Both the position numbers and the translations under genes were made by a program. The notes below the pieces were generated by a model that searched no databases, had not been told where the DNA came from, and was given only the letters and a program-made list of their open reading frames with translations. From Callorhinchus milii (Eukaryota), in NCBI RefSeq assembly GCF_018977255.1, contig NW_024704742.1, positions 126,048,001-126,112,000 on the forward strand: 64,000 nt of DNA. The letters run 5' to 3'. This document shows, piece after piece, positions 37,721-49,500 of this stretch (position 1 is its first letter; each line of letters opens with the position of its first letter).

Positions 37721-38882
37721 ATGTTGTATGTCGATAATGAAACTCATAGTGATAGTGACAATCATAGTGATAGTGAAAATGATAGTGATAGTATGATAGC
37801 TATAAACCTCAGCAAGAGAAATAGCCCCAATTGAAAAGTCAGCCAATTCCTGGTAAATAAGAACTCTTGATCAACAAAATACACGGTCACTCCACTTTCA
37901 TAGTATATCATGTGAAGCACTATGAGACCTCTCTATGATGTAATAAGGGGCTATATCAAATGCAAGGATTATTATAATTCTCAGAGTGGTGACAGAAACA
38001 GGCAGATTCCGGTCTCCAAAGCCACTTTTTTTTTGCATGTTTTCAACTGCTGCTCTTTGAGGCTGAAACAAACAATATTATAACAACAACAATAATAATA
38101 ATAATAATCCTTGCATTTGATGTAGCACCTTTCACATCAGGAGGACATATCAAAGTACTTTGCAGGATTTTACTCTAAAGTGACTGTATTTTGTAGGTGA
38201 CCGCTGCAGGCAATTTTGTGCGCAGCAAAGCCCCACAAACATGAAGTAAACTAATAATAATAAATCATGTAGACTTAGTAATATAGACAATAGTAATAAT
38301 ATAGACAATAACGTTATTGCAATAACCCTCTCAAATGTTAGGATAATGCATATTACCTAAATATTAACCCTAAACTATAAAATGAAAAGCATAAAACACA
38401 ATTAAAAATAAGAAATATTTTCATATTATTTCATGCTTTCCGTCTTCCATCTTCCAACATTTTCTCTCCTATACCTTGATTTCTTTAAAGGTATTTTTCT
38501 TTTACAGAATCTTTACTTTTGTGTAACTTTTCTAACACTCCTCCACCCCCCACCCCACCATCACCCAAAAAAACACTGTCTTATCATCATGATGTTTTTG
38601 TCATCCTGACGTGAAAAGCGCTTTACAAATGTTACTTGTTGTTGTTGTTTTCTTCCTCCTGGCTTGTGGCATCCATTTTGGGTTTTTGAGCAAGTTTCAA
38701 AATAATTAAGCCTTGAATTGGTTAAAACCCAGTTCCAAAAGCAATTTTGAAAAGCTTTGGCCACCCGAAAGAGCTCTTTAGAGGCATATGAATATACAAT
38801 AAACTTATCAATTGAAGATTTTTTTCCTGAGAATAATTTTAGTCAAAGTTGTACATAATCTTTTGAATTGGAGTGGTCTCTA

Positions 38883-39261
38883 TAATAATAATAATCCTTG
38901 CATTTGATATAGCACTTTAATCACGTTTTTGAGAAGTCTCAAAGCGCTTCACAGAATACACTGTAAAGTGAATTGACTGTATACTTCGTGGGCGAAACAC
39001 AGCAGCCAATTGCGCACAACAGTGTCCCACCAACAGTCATGGATTGAGTGACTAAATTATTATTATTATTTTTTTTGAAGGGATTATTACCCCCGGTAAA
39101 GTGATCCACCAATTGGCTAACAACCGGTTTCCTACTTACTGCAATCGACAGTAGCAACCGACTACTAACAGGGTTCCTACTTGCCCAACGTTTCCCCCTG
39201 CCGGGAATCAAATCCAGGTCTCTCGCTTGCGAGGCGAGTGCTCTAACCACTGAGCTCCACA
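38883..39261 (-). mobile_element. tRNA-Ala-headed SINE, long form, antisense
   Basis: Reverse complement agctcagtggttagagcactcgcctcgcaagcgagagacctgg...aagtaggaaac...; (TAA)n tail on the + strand. Confidence 0.87.
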
Positions 39262-39587
39262 GTGTAAATCGTTTCATTGTATAGTACAGAGATAAACCTT
39301 CTGGTTAAATATTATAGAAATAAACCCGTTAGTTAGATGATATAGAGGACTTCTTGATGGGTGATATGGAGAATCCTCTGCCTGCATAGTTTTCATGTAA
39401 AATGGAGCACAATATAAAGGCTTTGCAAATGTTTTATTGCTGTTTTATGGATCAGTTTATAACTTTTCTAGCCTACTTTTAGTCCATGTACCAATCAGAA
39501 AAATGCTTAGACTAAGAGAAGATTGGACAGTACTTAATATTTATTCTTAGAAGAAATGCAAGTGCTATAGAACTAATCAGCCTTCTG

Positions 39588-40650
39588 GAAGGGCAGAGTG
39601 ACCATAACATGATGGAATTTAACATTAAGTTAGAGAGTGATATAGTTGAATCCAAAGCAAGGGTCTTAAATTTAAATAAAGCCAACTTTGCAGGTATGAG
39701 AGAAGATTTGGCTAAAATAGCTTGGGAAATTAGATTTAAAAATATGACGATAGACCAGCACTTTCAAACTTTAAAGATATAATACATACTTCCCTGCGAT
39801 CACATATTCCCTTGAAAAATAAAAATACCACGGGAAAAGTGGTTCAACCTTGGCTAACTAGAGAAGTTAGGGTAAGTATAAAATTAAAAGAAGAGGCCTA
39901 TAATACTGCCAAATGGAGCAGTAAACCTGAGGATTGGGAGGGCTTTAGAAACCAGCAAAGGAAAACCAAGAAACTGAATAGGAGGGAAAAAATGGAATAT
40001 GAGGATAAACTAGCTAGGAACATAAAGACAGATTGTAAGAGTTTTTACAGGTACATAAAGAGAAAGAGATCTATCAAAAGTGAATGTGGGTCCATTGCAG
40101 GCGGAGACAGGAGAAATTATAATGGGGAGTAAAGAAATGGCAGAGTCATTAAACAAATATTTTGCTTCCGTCTTCACGTTAGAGGACACTGAAAACTTAC
40201 CGAAAATAGAGGTAACCTGGAGGCTAATGTTGGTGAGGAACTTAAAGAAATGAACATCAGTAAAGCAATAGTACTAGAGAAATTGATAGGAATAAAAAAC
40301 AATAAATCCCTTGGACCTGATGGCCAGCATCCTAGGGTTTTAAAAGAGGTGGCTGCAGAAATAGTGGATGCTTTGTTTTTGATCTTCCAAAATTCCTTGG
40401 ATTCTGGAATGGTTCCCAGTGATTGGAAGGTCGCAAACGTAACACCGATATTTAAGAAGGCTGGGAGATAAAAAATGGGGAACTATAGACCAGTTAGTCT
40501 GACATCGGTGGTAGGGAAAATTCTAGAGTCCTTAATTAGGGGCGTCTTCGTGGAATACTTAGAAAATCATAACATGATTAGGCAGAGTCAGCATAGCTTT
40601 ACGAAAGGGAAATTATGTTTAACAAATCTTATATAGAGTTTTTTGAGGAT
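39588..40650 (+). mobile_element. CR1 LINE internal ORF2 fragment (APE end to RT start), truncated at both ends
   Basis: SDHNMMEF, KANFAGMREDL, PWLTREVR, KSFYRYIK, KSLGPDGQHPRVLKE, DWKVANVTPIFKK, NYRPVSLTSVVGKILES; no 3' tail. Confidence 0.9.
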
Positions 40651-40674
40651 TCCTCTGAGACTCCAGGAGAAACA

Positions 40675-41033
40675 CCTCTGAGACAATAGGATGTGGGTTC
40701 AAGCCCTGACTAGGGACTTTAGAGTTCATAATTTAGACTGACTTGCTGTGATGTTGGAGATCCCATCCTCGAGATGAGACATTAAACTGAGGTCCCGTCT
40801 GCCTGTTCGGGTGGACGTTAAAGATCTTGTAGCACTGTTCAAAAAGCTCCTGGCTAACAATCCCCCAGATAAAATTGTTAATTTCTTTCAAGGCTCCATG
40901 TGGGACAGTGCAGTGAGTAAAAATAGCTGTTTGCATTCACCTGCTAATTCACAGTCACTACGCACTGTAAAGCCCTGTGGGATATCCTCTTCTTGTGAAT
41001 GACACTATATCAAATGTAAGAATTATTATTATA
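40675..41033 (+). mobile_element. Deu-domain SINE
   Basis: gatgagacattaaactgaggtcccgtctgcctgttcgggtggacgttaaagatc and the shared tail. Confidence 0.72.
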
Positions 41034-41871
41034 AATAGTGAATGACGTGGAATTGTTAACATTCACTGATGTCAAGCAAGACCTTAATTTAATATCTTAT
41101 CCAAAGGACTGCACTTCAAACAATCCTGGGCTCTCCAGCACTGCTTTGAGTGTCACAATGCTTATGAGCCCCAAGTCCTGATGTGAAGTTTAAACCCACA
41201 GCTTTCTGACCTGGTGGCAAGAGTGCTATAAGCTGAGCCAGGGTGACACTGTGTTTAATGGGTTTAGTTATGTACATTAATACAAAATACCCATCTGCAT
41301 GCAAATCAAAATCACTTTAGATTTCAATAAAGTAATAAGAAAAGAAACCGGAAACTTTTATATTGTGCCCAACATCCCCTCCTTCTCCTCCTCCCCACCC
41401 ACTCCTGTTGAAACAGAAATGTCCAGTACAGAAGGAGCCCATCTGCCTCTTTGTGTCCCTTGAGTTTAAAAATGAAATTGTGTTGTAAATTTCCATCGTC
41501 ACAAAGCTAAAATCCTCCACTTCCTATTAATTACTGAAAATAATGAAAATCTTGAGGACAATCTGTTCAACAGCACTTCCCCAGGCTACAAGTCCCTACA
41601 AGTCACTCTTCATTCATTCTAACAAATCCAGGCTCATCATCAGCTCTTTAGACACATCTTAACACAGTCTTAACTACCCCCACTTGCGACATAAGCGTAC
41701 CAATGATTGCTCGGGAAAGTGGAATTCAGGAGACTTCAGAGAGGACAAAATCTGCAGAGTATTTTCCTTGCGGGAGGAGGTGGAAGGTGGTTTGGGGGTA
41801 GCAGACAGACAACTACCTATTTGCTTGGAAATGATAGCATCAGTCTATTATTATGCCTCTCAAATGTGTGT

Positions 41872-42238
41872 CTTTTTCAAATCATTTCATGCCCTCGCAC
41901 CTCCCTACCTTTCTGCCTTGCTCACCCCCCACTCCACCACCTGCTGCCTCCCCTCGACTGGCTCCATACTCCTGTTCATCCCTCGCCCCCTCCACTCCAC
42001 CATTGGCGGCCGTGCATTCAGTCACTAGGCCGCAAAGCTCTGGAACTCTCTCCCCAATCCCCCTGCCTTGCCTCCTTAATCCCCACTTTCAAATCCCACC
42101 TGAAGACCTTTTTTGATCGTGCTTACAGTCACTTCCCCCTCCCTCTCCCCCTGGCTCGGGATCAGACTCTGCCATTGTTAAGCGCTCCAGGATGCTACCT
42201 CGGGTAAAGGGCGTTATATAAATGCAAGTTGTTGTCTT
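41872..42238 (+). mobile_element. Older L2 3' fragment
   Basis: Encodes FKSFHALAPPYLSALL...STIGGRAFS; tail tataaatgcaagttgttg. Confidence 0.8.
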
Positions 42239-45144
42239 ATGTTTCCATGCATGCACTGTAAATATGCCACTTGTAAAATCAATGCATTTCTGGTTGTGAG
42301 GTGTTGCCATGTAATCACTTAATGCTATAAAAATCAGCTTATTACAACACTTAAGAGAGGGAAATAATTCTCCCACTTATCTGTTATCACAGCAGGTATC
42401 CATTAAGGAAAGGAGGCCCTTGTCATTAAACGCTATTGAGAGCTAATAAGGCTGAGTTTAGTTAGCTGCAACTATTAGCCATAGCAGAGAGTTTGTGTCA
42501 ATTCAGATAATTCCAAGCATTTCTCACTCCAATGTAACTATTTTATAACATTCAGCATGTATGATTTTCCTTGACACAAAGCAAATAAGAAACTATGATT
42601 CACTGCAGAATGTGACAAAATTTACATTGCATTCATTAGCATTCTTTAATACTATCCACCCGTTCTTATCTGTTCATAGTTAAATCTATTCGGAATTCAA
42701 TCTTCCCAAGAATTCCTTGTTTTTCATCCAGATCCATGCATTAACTCAATCAACTGAATGTTAACAATCTTGTTATTCTGAGTTTCTCATTCCACTTTAC
42801 TTCAGTGACTTTGAGCTGGTCACGTAGCGTTTTCATTCCATCAGCTGTTGTTGTGATTTCGACATTCAACAGGGGGTATCGAGGTTTAAAAACTAAGAGG
42901 CAACCCACAAAAATAAATGGTTAACTCATATCAGTCCAAAGTGCTGCATGAATATACGCCACTGAAATAGAAATTCACAAGATTGCGAGAGGTTTAGACT
43001 AAGAAACCCCTTCAGCACCATTTAAACACCATTTAATCTCATCCTTCCAGAATATCCACCCTCCTGTCTTCCCATTACAATATCAACTGTCTCTTAACAC
43101 TGTTCCTGGTATCCCATTGTAGCCAGTAATTACCTCTGGGTAAAGAAATACTTATTGGTATCTGTCCTAAAATTGCCCTTCACAACCCTGAACCTGTACC
43201 TTCTTGTTCTGATTGTTTGTTGTATCTGAAAATATGGTTCACTTTCTCAACCCCATTTAGTCTCTTGTATGTACTGCTACAAGCCTCCCTCCAAGATATC
43301 ATTTTTTCACGGCTGAGAACCCTTGCTTATTTAGTTGAAGGAATTTACCAGCAGCACAATGCAAAACTGGGAATCAAGCCTATAGCACAAGTGATAATTT
43401 CATGTCAATAATAGCTTGCAATGGCACATTTCAAATTAGCGTATTCTAAGTACTTTGAGGTTGATTTATCTGCAGATTTGTTTTTTGAAGAAAGCTGCTG
43501 AATACCATATCTTAAGTTAACATTTATACATTTTTGTCTTAACTGAGACTTTTTTCTTAGACTACGAGTTCAAAGTCTCAATGTGAGGCTTCAACCATAA
43601 CCCTCTGATCTAAGAGCTCTGCTAACTGAGGCAGGCTGATACAACAACCTGACATGATGGAGGTTGGTTGTGATTGTCTCCTGTGGTCAGGTATCTTGTT
43701 GACACTCGCTGTCTCAGTTCACACATGAGATATAGTCACTTGAGTAAGATACTGGGGGATGCCAGTACTGACAGAGCAGATATCTGAGGAAGAATCAGTA
43801 CTTGAGGATGGGAGAGGAGGGGAGAAAATGTTAGAGAAGGGAATAAAAAGATATCTGAAAAAAAAGTCATTCATTCTGGTCTGGTAATTTTGGAATTACA
43901 CTTCCCCCATTTTACGCCCCTGCCTTCTATCCATAATTTTATTAATTTAACACAAATAATATGGACAGAACCAGGTGTCAGGATCCAAACAGTGAATAAA
44001 AGTGAGCATGTTTCCTGGATCTATAAATTTATTTTTCATTTCTACGTAGAACAAGCTTCTCATTTCACCTTTTTGTTTGTATGTTTGCAGGGATATTTAG
44101 CAAGATATGTGCGGACTTGGGTTTTCTTTTGACTTGTTGATAGTACTGTCACATGGCATGAATAGGTTTCCCCTTTTGAGTTATAACAGAGAGGATGTTC
44201 ATCTTCCAAAAGACTGATAGTTACAGAGGGTCTAGCTGAGGGATGGGGAGGACTGGCCTCTGATATTCTCCACTGAGGCTCTTACTTATCTGAATCAGTG
44301 CACATCAAGTACTGTAATGGTATATGACTGAATTCAAAGAGTAAATCATATGATGACTGCACCTTGCCCATACACAGTATAATGTGCGAACCAAATTAAA
44401 TCATTCAGTTTCTTTTCGAAAAGAATAGTTCAAATTGGCCCTGTAACATTCATCTTCTGGCATTGAAACCAACTAGTAATCCTCATTCTCCAGATTAATG
44501 AATCAGTTGTTTTAATTGGAAATGACAATTTCAGCTATGACAATCCAGCTATGACAATTGTATCATCCACTACATCCCAGTTAATCCATCACATTTCATC
44601 AAAGTGTTGTATTATGCTGTATAAAGTATTAACAGATGGTGGGTGATGGATTACAAGGTGTATGTGGTCCCTCCTTGATACTGCATGCACCTTTATCATG
44701 CATTCCCAGCCATCCCCTATATAATATACAAATATTGGCTGCTTTTTCATTAGGGTTGTGGTGTCAAATTGTTCCCAAGAAGGTTAACAAAATGATCTAA
44801 TGTGGGTTGCTATGCCCAGATTGAAAGCCATTATTAACCTGGGGGATATTGGCGTGCTATAACCCTCTGAAGCAGTGACTATTTGTGTAATATATAATTT
44901 TTAAGATGTCAGTAAAAGATGCCATCTTTACTTTTCCAGAATGAACTACACCCAGGAATACAGGCAGATAAAGGAGGGTTCATCAGGAAAGATAGGTGGA
45001 TAACCCTTACGTGTTTCTTTGGTTGTTATTGCTGAAGGGTTATCTTCTGTTATTTTATCAAATTTATCATTATGCATGTAGAATAACCCATCTGCAGTAC
45101 TGTGTCATGACAAGTATTTTTTGTTGGCTTTTTGTTTCTTAAAG

Positions 45145-46022
45145 GAAAGAAAAACTCACTACTTCTACACAAGGTCCAAAGGGATCTGAACGAGGGTGTT
45201 TTTAATAACCAAGAGACAGAACTGCTTAAAAAGATGGTGAAGCAAGACAGGGAGATGGTGCATTTTATTGAAGCGCCCGCCACAGTATTGGGTGTGCTTG
45301 CCCCTTCGTTTTCTGGTAACTCAGTCTTCAAGGCTTCTACCCAGTCACAATCTCCGTATGCAGTTCACTTAGATTTTCAGCAGACTCCACCCCCTAGCTT
45401 CAGTACCTGTTCACCATCTTCTCAGTCGCACATGAGACAAGCCCAGCTGGTTCAGACTTTACCCAACCAGAATTCACCAACACCTAGTCCTCATCAGACG
45501 GTGGTGCCGTCTCCCAGTTCCTACTCCGCTGCACTTTCGAGCCCTCCTGTGCAGAGCCCATTAGCCGGCCGAACTTTCCAGTATGGTTCACCAAACGTAT
45601 CGCAGATATCTTTGATACAGCAGCAGCAAGCACACAGCCCGACCCACAGACGTGATTCCAACAAAAGCACACAGGCTCCGCATACGAGCAGTCTCAGCAG
45701 AGAGGTTCGGTCTCTGTCCGCCTCTCAGCCCTCTCTGCCTCATGAGGTGACGCCGCTCATTGTCCAGCCTCACCCATCCTGTGGAGAGTCATTAGCATCA
45801 ACATCGCCCGTAGCGTTTTCCACCACACAAGGCATGAGCTTACAAGGAGGAATCCGCACCAACGTTCCTCAAAGGGTGTCTCTCTTCCGACACATGTCCT
45901 CAGGAGCATTGCCACCAGTTCGAGGGCCATCCACTTCGGTACCAGCCCCCAAAAGGGAATCATCTACAGTCTTAAGTACAGATAGCGATCCAGGAAGACC
46001 TCGATTTCCCTCCAACTTATGA
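45145..46022 (+). CDS. HCN1: HCN1 terminal coding exon (equivalent to exon 8), C-terminal tail
   Basis: Acceptor tttgtttcttaaag|GA in phase 1, consistent with the previous exon. Encodes [24 protein letters not shown]...[18 protein letters not shown]...[11 protein letters not shown]...[18 protein letters not shown]...RPRFPSNL, with TGA at 46020-46022. The tail motifs are characteristic of HCN1. Confidence 0.95.
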
Positions 46023-48450
46023 CCCTGAAGGTTTCCATCGAGTGCCGACCTTGTCATGTTAAATATTGGGATTCTGCACCAATGTACTGCAAGTCAGCCA
46101 GTTCATGAGGTTAGTCGTCTCAGCCTCTGACAACTTAGACACCGCTACCCTCATGACTTGCACAGCTCAACGAATGTAAAGAATGACCGAATAAACAATT
46201 TGAACCATAATTTTCTGAGTTCTAGTAGATAATAAGTCACCAGTCTTCCTTTCTGATGGATTTTGGACTTGCTGGTTTGTTTTATAAACTCTTGTAAAAT
46301 AAGAGCTATGTAACACTAACTCATCAACTGGATCAATAATATTGTTGAAACAAAATCTCTTTGAGTGCAGCAACAATGCAAAGCCAGTCCAGGACTGAGT
46401 TTTTAGAAATACATCAATGCTGCTCAGTTGGTAGTATCCACACAGTTGAGTATTTCATGCTGAGGAGCTACTTATCAAGATATCTCATGTCAGTTGTCAG
46501 CAAAACATGGGACATGACATGTTTTTTAATGAACTTTCAATAGGTAATTGTGTAAGTTGTGTTCCAGTATTATTGGTGAAGTTTCTGCATGTTCACAGGG
46601 GCCTAAGGACCAAGTGTAAACAAATCTGTCATCTCTGCTGAAAAAGATGAGACATTCCTCATTGTAGCTTCAGCAAGTGTAATGCTAATTGTATGCTTCA
46701 CTTGCTTTGATTCAGCTAAAATAACATTTACCTACAACATGCATAGGGACAAAAGAAAACCAATCCTTATCTTCACCTTTAGTTTTTAAACAAATATGAA
46801 TTTATAATACTGTAGTAACTAGGATTCTTTTCATTTATATTTTTCTTAATTGTACCATTATTTTGCATTAAAAGGTGGAAAAAGTTTGTAGGTTATTTGT
46901 AGGTCTGAAAGGTAGTTTTTACACAGATCCTGTCGTAGGCGGCAAGGCATCACTAGATGCCTACGAATACTGTGCTTGTTGGTGCAGTGTTAACATTACA
47001 ATGTCTTACTTTATAAAACTAGCATAGATAACGCCTACAGGGCAGGTTGATCGGATCTTTTTTCATTTATATTCTTTCTTAATTTTCCATCGTCACTGTT
47101 AATGTTTTTTTTGGCGACGTGTTAATTTTAGAAATTGCAGCGTTCTGTGTATGATGCAACTCCAAAACATATCCCAAAAGAAACAATTTAAAGCCATACT
47201 CTCTCTCATAATTTCCATGAACCTTCTAAATTCTTTAATAAATGTACAATGTAAATTGCTGCCACTTCTGTTGTTTCTGTATTCTGTAAATACAAAAAAA
47301 AACAATTATTTAAAAAAATGACAAGGTCACTGGTCTTAAAACTACTTAGAAAGGTTCTGAAAAGATGCTCCCTCACACCCTTGTGGTTGGTTGTGGAATC
47401 ATTCCTGAATAGCTGTTCAGGCTGTCAAACTCAGGCATGCTTATCTCTTTAGCAAGGCTACACTATTTACTCCATATTTATTGTTTTACTTAAGAATAAA
47501 CCACTGTAGACATGTATAATTTTGTTGAATAAATGGTACATTAGGACTGAAACAGCAATCACCCTTTCAGTCACGTTGCTATGTGAGAGAATATGACTTT
47601 AACTGGGAAGTTTGTATTATACTCAGCACAAATGACGAGGTCATTTTCGAATTCGAAAGACTTATTACTCATATAGGAATGAAATAGCAGAAATAAAGGA
47701 AAGGGATTTGTTTCACTGGGAAATTAGGTTTTGTGAGGTCCCTTTTTGTGTCTGTATCATTTTATTTTCCTCTGTATTAATTCCTTAAGGATTTTCTTTT
47801 CAAAGGACATTCTTAAGCTATTGTGTGCCTAAACTGTAACCATTTATATATACTAAAAGTATTAAAAAAAAATCTTCTCAAATTCATGAAAAGGCATTAG
47901 ATACCCAGAAAGCCAAATAGCTAATATTTTATTTTGGCATTTTGTTTTATGAGAGAAAGGGCAGGAAGGTAACATGGTCTGATAAAGGTATCCCTGTACC
48001 TATTATGAAACCAGGTTTGTAACAACTGATGATGGCACAAAATAATGTATATAGCAATATATGTGCAGAAGTTGAATAAGACTGAATAGGATTACTGTAA
48101 TGTAAAGTGTAAAAACAAAACTATATATTCTGAATTCTGGTATTGACAGTCTCTGATAGTTCATCTTTGTATATATGCAAATTAAGATGTGATTATCCTA
48201 CATTAGGTTACTGTGATTGTCCTGTTTATTTATTCCATGTGGCTAAAGGCTGATGTTTGAATGTATAATGCTGGATACCAATGCTATTGGAGGAAATGGT
48301 GAACGTAATCATTCTTGTTGCAAGATACCGTGGCCAGTGGATGAACTAAATGATTTATCTTGCTGTCTTTGTTTGTAATGAAAATTTGATCGACGTTCAA
48401 ACATAAAAGTAGCGAAACATTAAAAATATAATGTCATCTAAGTGAAGTGC
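46023..48450 (+). other. HCN1: Probable HCN1 3'UTR (3' end uncertain)
   Basis: AT-rich stretch after the stop with no recognisable LINE/SINE for about 2.4 kb, unlike the introns; contains several AATAAA hexamers. Confidence 0.55.
47237..47697 (+). terminator. Cluster of candidate polyadenylation signals
   Basis: AATAAA at 47237, 47495, 47528 and 47692 (another at 46190). Which ones are used cannot be determined from sequence. Confidence 0.4.
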
Positions 48451-48696
48451 TGAACACTGAGGTTAACCATCTTATGAAACTCAAAACTTAATCTAGTCCA
48501 TAAGCCACTTTAAATGATTACTGGAATCAAAACCTATTGTACCTTTCGACAAATGAGTTCTGATTAGTAACATGACCCAAGTTCTAGTGGTATCATACCT
48601 ACTAGTGTATGTGTGACACAAAGAGGGGAAGATTAGATACACTAGAGACGCAAGCCTTTGAGGAAGAAAGGTGTTTAGGTACTGAGTGAAGTCCAG

Positions 48697-49500
48697 CATA
48701 GTAAGAGCATAAAAAGTCTGGAACGAGAAAAGGACATGTGATCCATTCAGCCCTTGTCTTCCAAAGATCATGTCCAGTCCATTCTACCTTGGGCTCTGAA
48801 CAATGCCTCTGAACTCCCAGGGAAAGGCTCTGCTTTCCAAGAATTAAAACAAGCAAAATTCCAGATCACTTATCTAATCTTACATTATTGGTCCTTGGCT
48901 GGATGCTTTATCTAGTGATGGGTGTGGGAGAGTCACATACCCACTCATCTATGGAGAAACTCTTGTCTAGTATCGAGGCTTCCTTAAGCTATTTTAATTA
49001 TATTTTCATGTTCTAAGATTATAGACTAAGTTAAATAACCTGGTTGAAATTGCGCTATGCATTTCTCTCCAGATTGTACATTGTCCCTTCTCAAATTTCT
49101 TTTTTCAATGCAAACCAATTTATAGTTTCACTCTTCTTGTTAGTTATTTTATTCTATGGTTCCTTTGCATGGGTACAATCAGCTTTTCAAACCCAAGCTA
49201 GTTGTCACCCACAACTTCTTGACTTAGCTCACTTTATCTGCTGCTCTTTTCACTTCTCTGCTTCTCTTCAGTCTTGCAGTCAATCTTCTTGAGATACATC
49301 CCAGGACATTAGTCTTGTTCATAACAGCTTAACTTGACAGGATATTTTCAGTAAACTATCAATATTCATATCTAATTCCTCGACCCTTTCTGCCCTTTTA
49401 TATTTCTTCATCATGTACATGTTTCACCTTTCTTGTTTTAATGCCTACAATTCAATTGATGTTAAACCCTATCAGCTGTTCCTTAATACTTCTTAGCCAC
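48697..49500 (-). mobile_element. Highly degenerate CR1-like element
   Basis: Tail-like cataaaaagtctggaacgagaaaagga...ccattcagccc followed by eroded CR1 ORF2-like sequence; boundaries approximate. Confidence 0.5.

Noticed and set aside
37745..37800. (GATAGT)n-like and other short tandem repeats (also about 38276, 44532 and the CA-rich tract at 27380-27500)
   Set aside because: Ordinary microsatellite or slippage products with no further structure.
43011..43031. REST/NRSE site (ttcagcacca; similar half-sites near 13407, 23690 and 24882)
   Set aside because: Only half-sites; none has both TCAGCACC and GGACAG at the canonical spacing.
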